A DNA stretch of 63,500 nucleotides, filler included, from Anaerolineae bacterium (GTDB taxonomy: Bacteria > Chloroflexota > Anaerolineae > Epilineales > Epilineaceae): assembly GCA_029262755.1 (NCBI GenBank). It is 6 parts of 6 records of this genome, joined end to end, with 100 filler letters (N's around TTAATTAATTAA, not from the genome) between each part and the next. Parts side by side here need not be neighbours in the genome. Positions count along the whole stretch, not along the records: positions 19,622 to 25,142 come from JAJCYU010000358.1; positions 25,243 to 50,994 come from JAJCYU010000359.1; 4 more parts are not named here. One strand, written 5' to 3'. Numbering within the stretch: the first letter of the stretch is position 1; every line of letters begins with the position of its first letter. Both the position numbers and the translations under genes were made by a program. The notes below the pieces were generated by a model. The model was not told the origin of the DNA and did no database searches. It saw nothing but the letters and a program-made list of their open reading frames with translations. Shown here in pieces: positions 20,284-30,937 of the stretch.

Positions 20284-20532
20284 CTAGTCCGAGTCCTCGT
20301 CGCCCTCGTCGTCGTCATCATCCCAATCGTCGTCGTCGCCCCAGTCATCGTCGTCGCCGAGGTCGTCCGCGAAGTCAATGTCGATGGGGCCGATCTCAAC
20401 CACGACAAAGTTGGTGCCGCAATGCCCACAGCTGATCAGGTCATCGACCTTGGCAACACGCGCGAGCTTGATCATTCGGTCGCACTCCAGGCAGGAGACG
20501 ACCTGGTCCTTCGTCAGGGTTTGATGGTGCAT
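20284..20532 (-). CDS. LysW-like zinc-ribbon protein with long acidic tail
   Basis: CLEC...DDLISCGHCGTNFVVVEIGPIDID matches the LysW pattern; tail DDDDWGDDDDWDDDDDEGDEDSD. Confidence 0.7.
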   Translation of the reverse strand: MHHQTLTKDQVVSCLECDRMIKLARVAKVDDLISCGHCGTNFVVVEIGPIDIDFADDLGDDDDWGDDDDWDDDDDEGDEDSD

Positions 20533-20779
20533 GGTAACGCTCCTGGATTGTTCGGGCCCTGTTGGCACGCACCGACACGAGGGTGTCGGTGCGTTTGGGT
20601 TTCCAAGATGCGTGATGGGCGTGAAAACCGTATGGGCGGCACGTCTAATCCGCGTCACAAGCGGCCGGTTTCCGTAGCAAGGCTGGGACGGTCACCGGAC
20701 CGTGGGAAAGGACCATTTCCCTCTGTGGGCGCCGGTGCGCTCGCAGAATGCCGCGGGCAGGAAATGCCGAATCGCAGTG

Positions 20780-21505
20780 TCAGCTGCTAGTCCCAGGCGA
20801 GGTCCCATCCTCGACGGGACCGGGTTCGGTCAGGAAGCGATAGCCGACGCCAGGGAGGGTCTCAACATGCTGTGGCTGCGCCGGATCGGGCTCCACCTTC
20901 GAGCGCAGGCGGCTGACGAGTCCCCGCACGAGATCGCGGTTGCCATCGCCCGTGTAGCCCCATACCTGCTCCACGATGGTGTCGGTCGGCACCACTTGGT
21001 CCCGGTGCAACATCAACGCATAGAGCAAGCGAAACTCGAGCTGCGTGAGCCGCCGGCTTGCTCCGTCCGTGCGTTGGACGGTGCGCGAGGCAGGATCGAC
21101 GCTGAGCCCACCGCCCTGGAGGGTAGGCAGCGTGAAGACGGGCACGCCGCCGGCACGCCGCAGCAATGCGCGGGTACGTGCGATGAGCAGACGGCTGCTA
21201 TACGGACGTGTCACCACCAGGTCGACGCCGCGCTCCAGCAAGGCTGCATGCTCGAGCTCGCTCACGCCGTCGCAGATGAAGATCACGGGCGCCGGCGTGA
21301 CGCCGCGCACGCGGCCCACGGGCACGGCCTCTTCCTCCCCGCTGCCCGGTTGCGCAAGGACGAGCATATCCGCCGGCCGCTCCGGCCATCTCTCGAGCGC
21401 TTCTTCGAGCGAAGGTGCTAGGGACACCCGAAACCCCGTGCGTTGCAGCACGTGGTTGAGCAGGTGCCGCTCCTCGACCTCGGTCGCAACCAAAATGGCT
21501 TGCAT
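20780..21505 (-). CDS. OmpR/PhoB-family response regulator with atypical receiver
   Basis: Winged helix LTQLEFRLL..VWG..VSRLRSKVE..ETLPGVGYRF; receiver lacks the phospho-acceptor Asp. Confidence 0.9.
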   Translation of the reverse strand: MQAILVATEVEERHLLNHVLQRTGFRVSLAPSLEEALERWPERPADMLVLAQPGSGEEEAVPVGRVRGVTPAPVIFICDGVSELEHAALLERGVDLVVTRPYSSRLLIARTRALLRRAGGVPVFTLPTLQGGGLSVDPASRTVQRTDGASRRLTQLEFRLLYALMLHRDQVVPTDTIVEQVWGYTGDGNRDLVRGLVSRLRSKVEPDPAQPQHVETLPGVGYRFLTEPGPVEDGTSPGTSS

Positions 21506-21648
21506 GACGACCTCCTCTCCGTGCGCAGCGATCGGATCCGTGCGACGCATTCGCACCACGGTACGATCGGCCTCCCACGCGCCGATCGGCGCTTCGTTCG
21601 GCGGCGATTATGGCCGCAACGGGCCTCCGCGTGAACCCCGTGCGATCG

Positions 21649-21720
21649 CGAGCCAACGTGCGAGCCGCCGTTTGAAGCGCCGTTTGAGCCGCCATTAGAG
21701 CCATCGTACGAACCGCCGTG
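21649..21720. repeat. Six imperfect 12-bp tandem repeats upstream of the response regulator
   Basis: CGAGCCAACGTG CGAGCCGCCGTT TGAAGCGCCGTT TGAGCCGCCATT AGAGCCATCGTA CGAACCGCCGTG. Confidence 0.7.
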
Positions 21721-21775
21721 CTTCCCGCCGGGTCGGTGCTTCGAGATGGCACCCACGCTACGGGCGCGACCGGTA

Positions 21776-24700
21776 TCAGGGCCGGCTGAGCGTGTTGGCT
21801 CGCGGCAACCAGAGGGTATGACCGCCATCCACCGCCACCGTCGGAGCGCGCAGCGACCAGCCGCCTTCGTTGCCGTAGGCGTCCCGCCATCGGACGATCG
21901 GGGTAACGGCCGCGGCCCGGAGGCCGGGCGAGCTCGCCTGCACCGTCCACGTGATCGCGCTCCCGGCGCGAACGTCGGATACGCTCCAGCGCAGGCGGTC
22001 GCCCACCCGCGTCGGCCCCGTGCCCGGCGCAGCGCCCACGGGCGCGACCGGCTCCCAGCCGGGCGGCAACCCCAGGTCGATCACAACCTCCGCCAACTCC
22101 GCTGCGGGCTGCGCGCCCGCCCGCAACGTCCTCGCCAACGATGCCAGACCTTCGGGCGTCGCATCGAGGTGCACGTGTGCGCGGGGGGCGCCGGCGGCGG
22201 ACCACGTGTCCTCCCACGCTTGCACGCGGCTCCACGGGAGCGGGTCGCCCGGTAGGAGCAGCACGTGGTGCGCGTCCACATCCTCTGTGCGGAGCGTGGC
22301 ACGGTCGGGGAGGGCGATACGGCCGTCCGTAAGCACGAGCACGACCCGTCGCGCGTCCTCGCGGGGCGGCAGCACGCCCAGCTGCGCGGTCGCGGTTCGC
22401 AGCGCCACGGTGATTCCGCGCCCGGCGCCCGCGGTTGCTTCCACCGCCGCCAGCCGGCGCGCGACCGCGGGAACTCCGGCGTCGGCCGACATCGTGTCGA
22501 CCACGTCATCGTCGAAGGTCGTGAGCGATACCCGTACTTCGCCGCCCAAGAGCGAGAGCAGGCGGATCGCGGCCGCGCGCGTTCGATCGCCGCCGCCACG
22601 CGCCGCGGCGGCGCGCGAAATGTCCACCACGAGCGCCAGGTCGAGCGGCGCCTCCTCTGGTGGACAGAACGCATCCACGTGCAACGTGAGGGTGAAGGGG
22701 CGGCCGCTCGACGCTACGGCCGGCGCTGTAATCGCGGGCGCGACGAGGCAGGCGCCGCGCACCGGCGGCGTGCCTCCCACGAGCGACGGCTCGGGCTCGC
22801 GCCACGGCCAGCCGCCTCCCTGCGGACGGTGCAAGCGCCGGATCCCCGCGCGCCGCACGTCGGTGCCCGCGCCCGCGGTCCTCGGCGGCGTTCCCGTGCG
22901 ATCCGCCGCGCGCTCGCCGTCGATCCAGGCCACGAATACGTCGCCCTGATCGTCGACATCGATGTCGCGCGCCGTCGCGTGCGCGTCGTGCGGCGCCACG
23001 ACCGCGCGCATCGCGCCGGTCTGCGCCTCGTGCACGCTGAGCCACCCACCATCGTGCAGCAGCGTGACACGCCCGGGCCCGTACACGAGCGAGCCGTCGA
23101 GCGCGATCGCGCGTGGCGCGCCGGGCGCCGACCATCCTACGTTGGCGACTGCCGCCGGAAGAGCGGAGACCCCCCTTGCAGCGTTGGCCTGGCCGGAGCC
23201 AACTTGTGCGGAGTCGGCCTGTGCGGAGACGGCCTGTGCGGAGTCGGCCTGCTCGGAGTCGACCTGCGCTTCGGCGTTCGGGGCCGACCTGCGCACATTC
23301 GGCACGCCCACCATCTGTTCTCGCGCCGCTGCCTCGGTGCGCGCAGCCAACCCCTCGCTTGTGCCGCGTAGGGCGCGTACCGTGCCATCGGCGTCGAGCA
23401 CGAAGATCGCGTCCTCGTGCGTTGCGACGTCGCGCGGCAGGGTCTCAGCGCGATCGGGGTCGCTGGCGGGCAACGCTTGGCGCAACGGCCGGTCACCGGT
23501 GGGGCCGTCGGGCTGCAGCACGTGCACGCGGTCGAGACCTAGGTCGAGGGCCACGAGCACGGCGCCCCATGCGTCCAACGCGAAGCCATGCGCCGCGGCG
23601 TCGGGATCCGTAGCGCCCACGGCGAGCCACGTCTCTGTCACGGGCTCGACGCGGGTGGCGACCGTGTCGGCTACCGCGCCCCAGCCGAGAACGTCGGGAC
23701 GCCACCGGAAGCGGTCTTCCGTGAGCGTGTAGAGCCGGTCGCCATCCAAGGCAACGTCGCGTACCGCGAGCGGATCGGTCCAGCCGCCGCACGCGCCGAT
23801 CTGGCCGTCCAGACCGCCGTCCGCGTCCCACCGCTGGACGCTATGCGGCGCAAAGACGATCGGTTGACCGCGCACGGGCTCTCTCGGCGCACCGTCGGCG
23901 TCCCGGGGCGGGTCGATCACGCGCTCTTGCAGCAGCGCGACGCCCTCCTGCGCCGCGATGCGCCACGGCAGGAGCGGACCGGCAAGGCGTGGCTGGTCCA
24001 TCCCGCCGACGAGACGCACGGCGGCGGGGCCCGCTCCGATGCTTCCGCCGGCCGGCAAGAGGGTCAGTCCCTGCATGCTGCAGTGATCGGTCGCGGCGAC
24101 GATCTCGCCGTCCGCATGCTGGTCGAGGGCGTACACGTTCTGAGCGCCCAACGGTGGTTCCGTGAAGTGGGTCCGCTCCGCCAAGGGTCCGGCGTGGAGG
24201 ATCTTCTCCGCTCCGCCCTCCGGTGCCAAACGCACGATCTCCACGTCGCGCGATACGAGCAGGCCGGCCGCTCCCACCGAGACGTCCATCGCTCCGAGTA
24301 CGGAAATCGTGCGCCGCGGTCTGAGCCCCGCGTCGTATGCATAGCCGTGGACGGCGTCTTGCCCGTGCTCGGCGGTCGATCCCGGCACGTGGTCGTGCGT
24401 CGCCCGGCCGACGACCCAGATCGCCCCGTCCGCCGCGATGTCGATCGAGACGGGAATCCACACATCGTCCGGCACGGCGCGCTCCACGAGCAGCCCCGTA
24501 GGCGAGAGTACGTCGATACCGTAGCTGCCGCGGTTGTGGATGTCGCCCGAGGTGTGCACGACGAACACGTGTCCGTCCGGCGCGACCGCGAGATCCGCGT
24601 AGCGCTCGGCCGCGGGGATCGTCAGCGCGATGGTCCGGACCACGGCCTCGGCGCTAGCACCACCGTCGCCCCCTCCGCTCCCGCTCCCGTCGCCGCTCTC

Positions 24701-25142
24701 GAGCACGACGACCTTGCCCGCACGCAGGCCGCCCGAGACGGGGCCGGTCACGAGCACGTGCGGCCGACCGGCGGAGCCGACGTCCAGGCGGACGGCGCGC
24801 CAGGTGTCGTCCATCGGCGGATCACCGCCGGCCGTGTCCGGATCCGGGTTCGCACCCCACGCGCGCATCTGGAGCGACCGCGGCTCGCCCGCCGGGCCGA
24901 GGCGGTGCACGGCGTCGAGAGCCGTGTCCAGCACGAAGAGCGTTCCATCCGGGGCGACGCTGACATCTCGCGCGCGGCCGAAGCGGCCGGCGACCGGCGT
25001 CCATGGCACGTCGGCGCGGCGGTCGTCCACGGCGTAGCTCGGCAGGATCGGCGGGGGCGGTCGCTGGGCATCCGCGACGATCGGCGCGGACATCTCGCGG
25101 CGGCCGAGCCCAAGCAAGGCGATCGCCGCGGTGAGCAGGAAG
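21776..25142 (-). CDS. Beta-propeller plus degenerate vWA protein, divergent relative of 13548..17606 (5' end cut)
   Basis: Same architecture (DVSVAPDGTLFVLD, SRDVEI, P..GACLV..VDAFCP, VVDISR, VLTDG); ends HTLWLPRANTLSRP. Confidence 0.8.
23193..23267. repeat. 15-bp coding tandem repeat (5 copies)
   Basis: GCGGAGTCGGCCTGT-type units encoding QVDSE-QADSA-QAVSA-QADSA-QVGSG. Confidence 0.85.
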
Positions 25143-25242
25143 NNNNNNNNNNNNNNNNNNNNNNNNNNNNNNNNNNNNNNNNNNNNTTAATTAATTAANN
25201 NNNNNNNNNNNNNNNNNNNNNNNNNNNNNNNNNNNNNNNNNN
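25143..25242. other. Artificial contig linker
   Basis: N-TTAATTAATTAA-N. Confidence 0.98.
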
Positions 25243-27546
25243 CGCGTCCTCGTCCGTGGTCATGATGCCCTGGAAACGGCTAGCGCCTGCACCGTCCTGA
25301 AGTTGGACGATCACCTGCGAACTGGGACGCCAGCTGCCGTTGAGCACGCCGGTGTCCAGATTGAGCCGCAGACCGGGGACAAAGATTTGGCTGTTGATGT
25401 TGTGGTCCTGCTCACGCGTCTGGAACGTGATCACATCGTTGTGCTGCAAGTCGAAGGTGTCGGTGAAGTCGTGGCTAAACGCGCCGTCCGACTCGGAGCT
25501 GACGTCCGCCGAGGCGTTGTCGCCAAGCAGAGGCCGGAACACCGAAAGGTTGACATCGCGCTCGCCGGTGGTCTCGCCGTTGATCACATCGTCCTCGACA
25601 AACGCCACGCCACGTAGCTGCGGCACGGTGATCTCGAAGACGTCGTCGCCCACCGTGGCACGAATGATGTCCATCGGTCGGACATCGACGGGATCGCCCG
25701 CGCCGTCCAGGAACGCGATGAACCAGTTGCCGCCTCCCCCGCCGCCGAAGCCGCCTCCGGGGCCCTGACCGCCGCCACCGCCGCCGATCGTGTCACTGCC
25801 CGACGCGACGATGGTCACACCGTCGGCGTCCACGAGCTGCGCGCTCGCCTGCCGGTTGGCCGGTCCGTTGCCCGATAGGAAGGCCTCGCCGAGTTCCGTG
25901 GTCATCCGCACGGCGGCCCACGTGGTAAAGAGCTCGTGACCCGAGAGCAGTCGGGCAATCATTTGGCCGTTCATCGGCGGTTGAAGTTCTCGGACGCCGG
26001 CAAAGTCGGCGCGATACGAACCGTCGACCTTGACGGGCGTGGTGACCTGAACCTGGTTGTTGCCGTTGCCCTGGGTAACGATCACCTCAGCACTACTGGG
26101 CGCCTCACCGCTTACGGCATTCGCGCTGTGATTCGTGCGCGCCGTGATGGCCTCGACGTTGACGATGACCGGGTCGCCGGCGACGAAGTCGACCTCGACG
26201 CGATCGCCGATCTGCAAGCCGTCCTCGCCGGTGAACGCGACATTGAAGTTGCCGTTGTTGCCGACGTTGTCGGAATCGACGGCCTTCTGCGAGCCATCCT
26301 GCGCGCGCAACGTAACCGTGATGGTCGACCCGGGATCGGCGGTGCCCTGCACGGTCTGTTGATGCACGCCGACACGAACCTGCTCAATGGATTCCAACGC
26401 GCGAATGCGCAAGCCCGGCGCGATGTGATAGGTCGCCTGAATCCGCCAGCCCGGACCCATACCGTCCGCGCCCGGGATTTCGACGACGTAGATGCCGCTT
26501 GCATCGGCTACGGTCTTCGCCGAATACACGGCGCCTTCGTAGGGCGCAATGGCCTCGACCTCGACGCTGGCGCCGGCGACGACGGTGCCTTGCACGAGAC
26601 GATCGGGCGGCGAGATGTTGTCGATCGTGATCGGATCGATTCGACCTGAGATCGTGATCGATGCGCCTGGAATGGCACTCGTTTGCGTCACGCTGATCTG
26701 GTCGCCTACCGCGATTGGGCCGAAGCCTTGCCGCTCGCGCCGATTCTGCGGGACATCGAAGGTGTAGTCGCCGACGAGTTGCCCTGAAGATGAACCCTTC
26801 GCCGTGCCGTCTTCGGCGGCCAGCCCCACGCTGACCGTATCACCGGGCGTCATCGTTCCCGTCACGTTGCGCGCACTGATGGTCACCTCGACGGCCAACG
26901 CCGCGAAGAAGGCGTGGAAGGTATTGCCGTGCGCATCACTCCAAGTGACGTCGCCGGCATGACCGGGCTGCGCGTCCGCGTCGGCGCTCAGGTCGACGGC
27001 GAAGCTGCCGTCGGCCGCGGCGGTGGCCGTTCGTGTGATGGTTGACATGAGTCCCGGACCCTCGAGGACAGCAACGGTCAGATCGCCGCCTGCCGGCGCG
27101 CTGCCGAGAACGGTATCGTTCGCGATGTCGATCCCGGCGGCCAGATTCGGCACCGTCACCTTCATCTCTTGTCCGCCGTCGGGTATGAAGACCAGATCAC
27201 GTCCGGGCTGGACGCCCACCGTGTTCGCACCCCGACCCTGTCCGGGCTGTCGGCCGCCGCCCCCAACAGCGCGCATCGGCAACTCCACAAAGCCGTCCGC
27301 GTCGGAGACACGCTGCGGGCTGCGAGCGAGGACGGTATCGCCGTCCCGCATCTCGACCCGCACCGCCGTTGAAGGAGCGGTTCGCCAAATCACGTTGGCG
27401 TTCCACATCGCCGCCTCGACGTTCATGGCCTGTCCCGGTTCATCTTGGGCCAGGATGGTGGTTGATGTTGACAGTGAGGTCGCCGTGGTCACAAGGACCA
27501 GCGCGGCCAAGACTACGAGCGCAATTCGGCGCAGCGGAACGTACAT
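25243..27546 (-). CDS. Large secreted repetitive beta-sandwich (Ig-like) protein (3' end cut)
   Basis: SD GGAGGAG; signal peptide ending ILA-Q; recurring VxG..P..V.V..ADxxG.F..GD.I units. Confidence 0.8.
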
Positions 27547-27761
27547 GCGGTACTCCTCCATTCAAGATCTGCAGAAAGCTTCGGACGGATGGACTCGAGC
27601 GGGCGCTTCACACGGGCAAGGATTGCGTCGGCTCGCACGTTTTGGTATCCGAGGTGATATAACGCCGAAGCCGTGAAATCGGCGGACCGGTAGTGTAAAC
27701 ATCCTGTAATCTGCGCGCTCGCAAAGAGACTTGGCAGGGTGCTACCCACCGCCCCACACGC

Positions 27762-28409
27762 GTGATAGCATCCGCGACGCCCGACCGGGCGTCGGCCGCC
27801 CGGCACCGCCCTACGGAGCCGCCCGTGCCCCCTGCACCCGCCTCATCATCCGAAGTGTCGGCGATCGAGCGCTTCTTTCCGGTGCGGGAACGCGGCAGCA
27901 CGGTGCGCACGGAAGTTTGGGCCGGTATCACCACCTTCATGGTCATGGCCTACATCATATTCGTGAATCCGGCGATTCTCTCGTTTGCGGGCATCGATGC
28001 GCTCGAAGGCGCGGGACCGGCGTTTGATCAGGTGTTGGTCGCCACCTGTCAGGCCGCCGGCACGATGACTCTTGCGATGGGTCTGTTGGCCATTCGGCCC
28101 TTCGCGCTTGCGCCCGGAATGGGGCTCAACGCCGTCGTGGCGTTCGAGCTGATCGCCACGATGGGGTTAACGTGGCAGCAAGCGGTGGGCGTGATCGTGC
28201 TGGAAGGATTGCTCATCGGGCTCCTGGTGTTGATCGGCCTGCGCGAAGCGGTCATGCACGCGATCCCGCTGTCGCTCAAGCACGCGATCGGTGCCGGCAT
28301 CGGGTTCTTCCTCCTCTTCATCGGCTTGATCAACGGCAAGCTCGTGCGCGTGTCCGATGGAAAGCGCCGCCGTCATACTATCCCGCGCACAGCCAATATC
28401 TCATCCTAG
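27762..28409 (+). pseudogene. Truncated NCS2/AzgA (PbuG-like) purine permease
   Basis: TVRTEVWAGITTFMVMAYIIFVNPAIL, PFALAPGMGLNA and IPLSLKHAIGAGIGFFL match the N-terminal half; the ORF then ends in an unrelated tail. Confidence 0.75.
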
Positions 28410-28418
28410 GACTTGACC

Positions 28419-28781
28419 ATGAACAGCACAATCCCGCCGGAAACACGGCTGCAGCTCGTCCACTTCCTGTGCGTTTTTGCATGGGCCGATCGTGAGGTCG
28501 TGTCCGACGAGCGGAAGCACATTCTCGACGTCTGCCGCCTGCTTGAGATCGACGAATCGGACCAAGCGCGCGTGGGCTCGTGGCTCAATGCGCCGCCGGA
28601 TAACGACAATCTCTCCGACCCGCAGAACATTCCCGCCGGCTACCGCACGCTCTTCTTGGACGAGTGCGCGCGCTTGATCGCGGCGGATCACACCCTGGAT
28701 ATCGAAGAGGTCGAGACCATGCGGATGCTGCGCGCGCTGCTCCATCCCACTACGGGTGGCGAACAGGACAAGGTGCGTTGA
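28419..28781 (+). CDS. TerB-family protein
   Basis: Duplicated AWADREVVSDER and IAADHTLDIEEV motifs. Confidence 0.8.
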   Translation: MNSTIPPETRLQLVHFLCVFAWADREVVSDERKHILDVCRLLEIDESDQARVGSWLNAPPDNDNLSDPQNIPAGYRTLFLDECARLIAADHTLDIEEVETMRMLRALLHPTTGGEQDKVR

Positions 28782-30061
28782 CGCAGGACGCGCACGTGCA
28801 ACCGGCTACCAAAACCAAAGGCCTGCCCTGGCAACGCCTCGCCGTGCTCACGATCGCGCGATTGGTCATCAACGCCGGCTTGCGCATCGTGTACCCGTTC
28901 TTGCCCGTCCTTGCCAGGGGCGTTGACCGACCGGTAGCCGATCTGTCGCGTCTGCTTGCCCTCCGCGGCGCGATGGGCGTCCTCGGTCCGCTCTTTGGGC
29001 CCCTCTCCGACATTCACGGTCGCCGAACGATGCTGCTAGCCGGCATGGCGCTCTTCACCGGCGGCGCGCTGTCCGTCGTGTTGGTACCGACGTTCGTCGC
29101 ACTCGCCATTTCCATGATGCTCGTCGCTCTCGCGAAGATCATCTTCGATCCGGCCCTGCAGGGACTCGTGGCCGACAAAGTGCCCTATGCGCGGCGTGGC
29201 ACGGCCCTTGGGTGGACAGAGACCTCATGGGCGGGCGGGCTGTTGCTCGGCGCCCCGTTGGCCGGTTGGTTGATCTCGCTGGGTGCTTCGCGCAGCGCGG
29301 CCGGATTCGACGAAGGTCGCTTCGCGGCCGCCTGGTCTTGGCCCTTCGGAGTGCTCGGCCTGCTAGGCCTTGTCATGCTGTTGTTGGTGTGGCATGCCAC
29401 CGCAGGCAGCGATGAACGGAGTGGGTCGCGGGTCGCGTCGCGCAACCCACTGCGAGCGCTCCAGCTGATGCGCAGGCGAGGCGTAACGGCGGCCACGGCG
29501 TTTGTCGGTTTGATCATGCTTGCCAACGAGCTGATCTTCGTCTCCTACGGGACCTGGATGGAGACGGAGTTTGGGGTCAGCCCCTATCAATTAGGTCTGA
29601 GCATCGTGGCCATTGGACTTGCGGAACTGGTCGGGGAGCTCGGGGTTGGCCGTCTTGTCGATGCCTTCGGAAAGCGCAGGACCGTGATTGCGATGACATT
29701 TTCCGCGGCCGGCTTCATGGCCGTGTACGCTGCATGGCTTGGTTGGCTCCGATGGTCCGATGCGGCGGGAAGCGGCATGATCCCGGCCCTTCTTTGCCTC
29801 GCCGCGGCCTTCCTCTGTTTCGAGATGGCCTACGTCGGCAGCCTTCCCTTGCTGACGGAGCTCGTCCCGGAGGCACGTGCCGGCGTGATGTCGCTCGTCG
29901 TTGCCGCCATGAGCCTCGGGCGCGCGTGCGGCGCCTTGCTTGCTCCGTGGCTTTGGCAAGACCCGATGGGCATCATGCCGGTTGCCGGGCTTGCGAGCAT
30001 CGCATTCGCGGTAGGAGGATGGATTGTCGTCGCCGCGCTCCCTGAGCCGAAGACCGTTTGA
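28778..30061 (+). CDS. MFS transporter
   Basis: About 12 TM helices; motif A GPLSDIHGRR and GRLVDAFGKRR; TTG start overlapping the upstream stop. Confidence 0.92.
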   Translation: MTQDAHVQPATKTKGLPWQRLAVLTIARLVINAGLRIVYPFLPVLARGVDRPVADLSRLLALRGAMGVLGPLFGPLSDIHGRRTMLLAGMALFTGGALSVVLVPTFVALAISMMLVALAKIIFDPALQGLVADKVPYARRGTALGWTETSWAGGLLLGAPLAGWLISLGASRSAAGFDEGRFAAAWSWPFGVLGLLGLVMLLLVWHATAGSDERSGSRVASRNPLRALQLMRRRGVTAATAFVGLIMLANELIFVSYGTWMETEFGVSPYQLGLSIVAIGLAELVGELGVGRLVDAFGKRRTVIAMTFSAAGFMAVYAAWLGWLRWSDAAGSGMIPALLCLAAAFLCFEMAYVGSLPLLTELVPEARAGVMSLVVAAMSLGRACGALLAPWLWQDPMGIMPVAGLASIAFAVGGWIVVAALPEPKTV

Positions 30062-30133
30062 CGCACATCGCTACCAGCCCCAAATCGACGGCCCACGTGA
30101 ACCGGCCGTTGCCACAGCCTGAGAGACGACCTG

Positions 30134-30859
30134 ATGAGCCAAACTGCGCAAGACCCACGCCCCCCTTCGGACGCCGCACGTTGGAAGCGCCTTGCGGGCG
30201 AGGCTGCGGCCGCGCTGGTCGAGGACGGCATGATCGTCGGTCTCGGTACCGGTTCGACGGCGCGCTGGGCCACGGCAGAGATCGGAAGGCGAATCCGTGA
30301 CGAGGGACTGCGCGGCATCGTCGCCATTGCATCGTCGCAAGCGACGACGGCGGAAGCAACCGATGCCGGTGTTCCCCTATCTTCCCTGCTCGAGCATCCC
30401 AACCTCGATCTCACCATCGATGGCACCGACGAGATCTCCCCGACGCTCGGGCTGATCAAGGGCGGCGGAGGAGCGCTCGTGCGCGAGAAGATCATCGCCT
30501 CGCGCAGCACACGCTTCGTGGTCGTAGCCGACGAGGGCAAGCTGGTCGGGCGGCTCGGTACGACCTTCGCCCTACCGGTCGCGGTGGTTCCCTTTGGATG
30601 GCCCGTTGTGCGCGCGATGCTAGAGGCACGAGGGGCAGCGGTGACGCTGCGCGGCGGCGACGCAGGCGGGCCGAAGATCACCGATGACGGTCTCTACGTG
30701 CTCGATGCGCGTTTTCCCGAAGGGATCCCGGACCCGGAGTCCCTGAACACCATGCTCGACGCGCTGCCTGCCGTCGTGACAAGCGGCTTGTTCCTCCGAT
30801 TGACCCACGCGGCGATCGTCGCGGGCGCGGACGGGGTGCGTGTGATCGATGCGCCGTAG
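30134..30859 (+). CDS. rpiA: Ribose-5-phosphate isomerase A
   Basis: GLGTGST, DLTIDGTDE, IKGGGGALVREKI. Confidence 0.96.
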   Translation: MSQTAQDPRPPSDAARWKRLAGEAAAALVEDGMIVGLGTGSTARWATAEIGRRIRDEGLRGIVAIASSQATTAEATDAGVPLSSLLEHPNLDLTIDGTDEISPTLGLIKGGGGALVREKIIASRSTRFVVVADEGKLVGRLGTTFALPVAVVPFGWPVVRAMLEARGAAVTLRGGDAGGPKITDDGLYVLDARFPEGIPDPESLNTMLDALPAVVTSGLFLRLTHAAIVAGADGVRVIDAP

Positions 30860-30937
30860 GACTCCGGTGACACGATCCCTTGCCAACATGCGCGAAGGCC
30901 GACACAATCCACATCTACGCCTTCCGGAGGTTGTGTC

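Noticed and set aside
27547..27761. Possible purine riboswitch upstream of the NCS2 permease
   Set aside because: The purine riboswitch core (TATAAT..GATATGG..GTTTCTACC..CCGTAAA) is not present.
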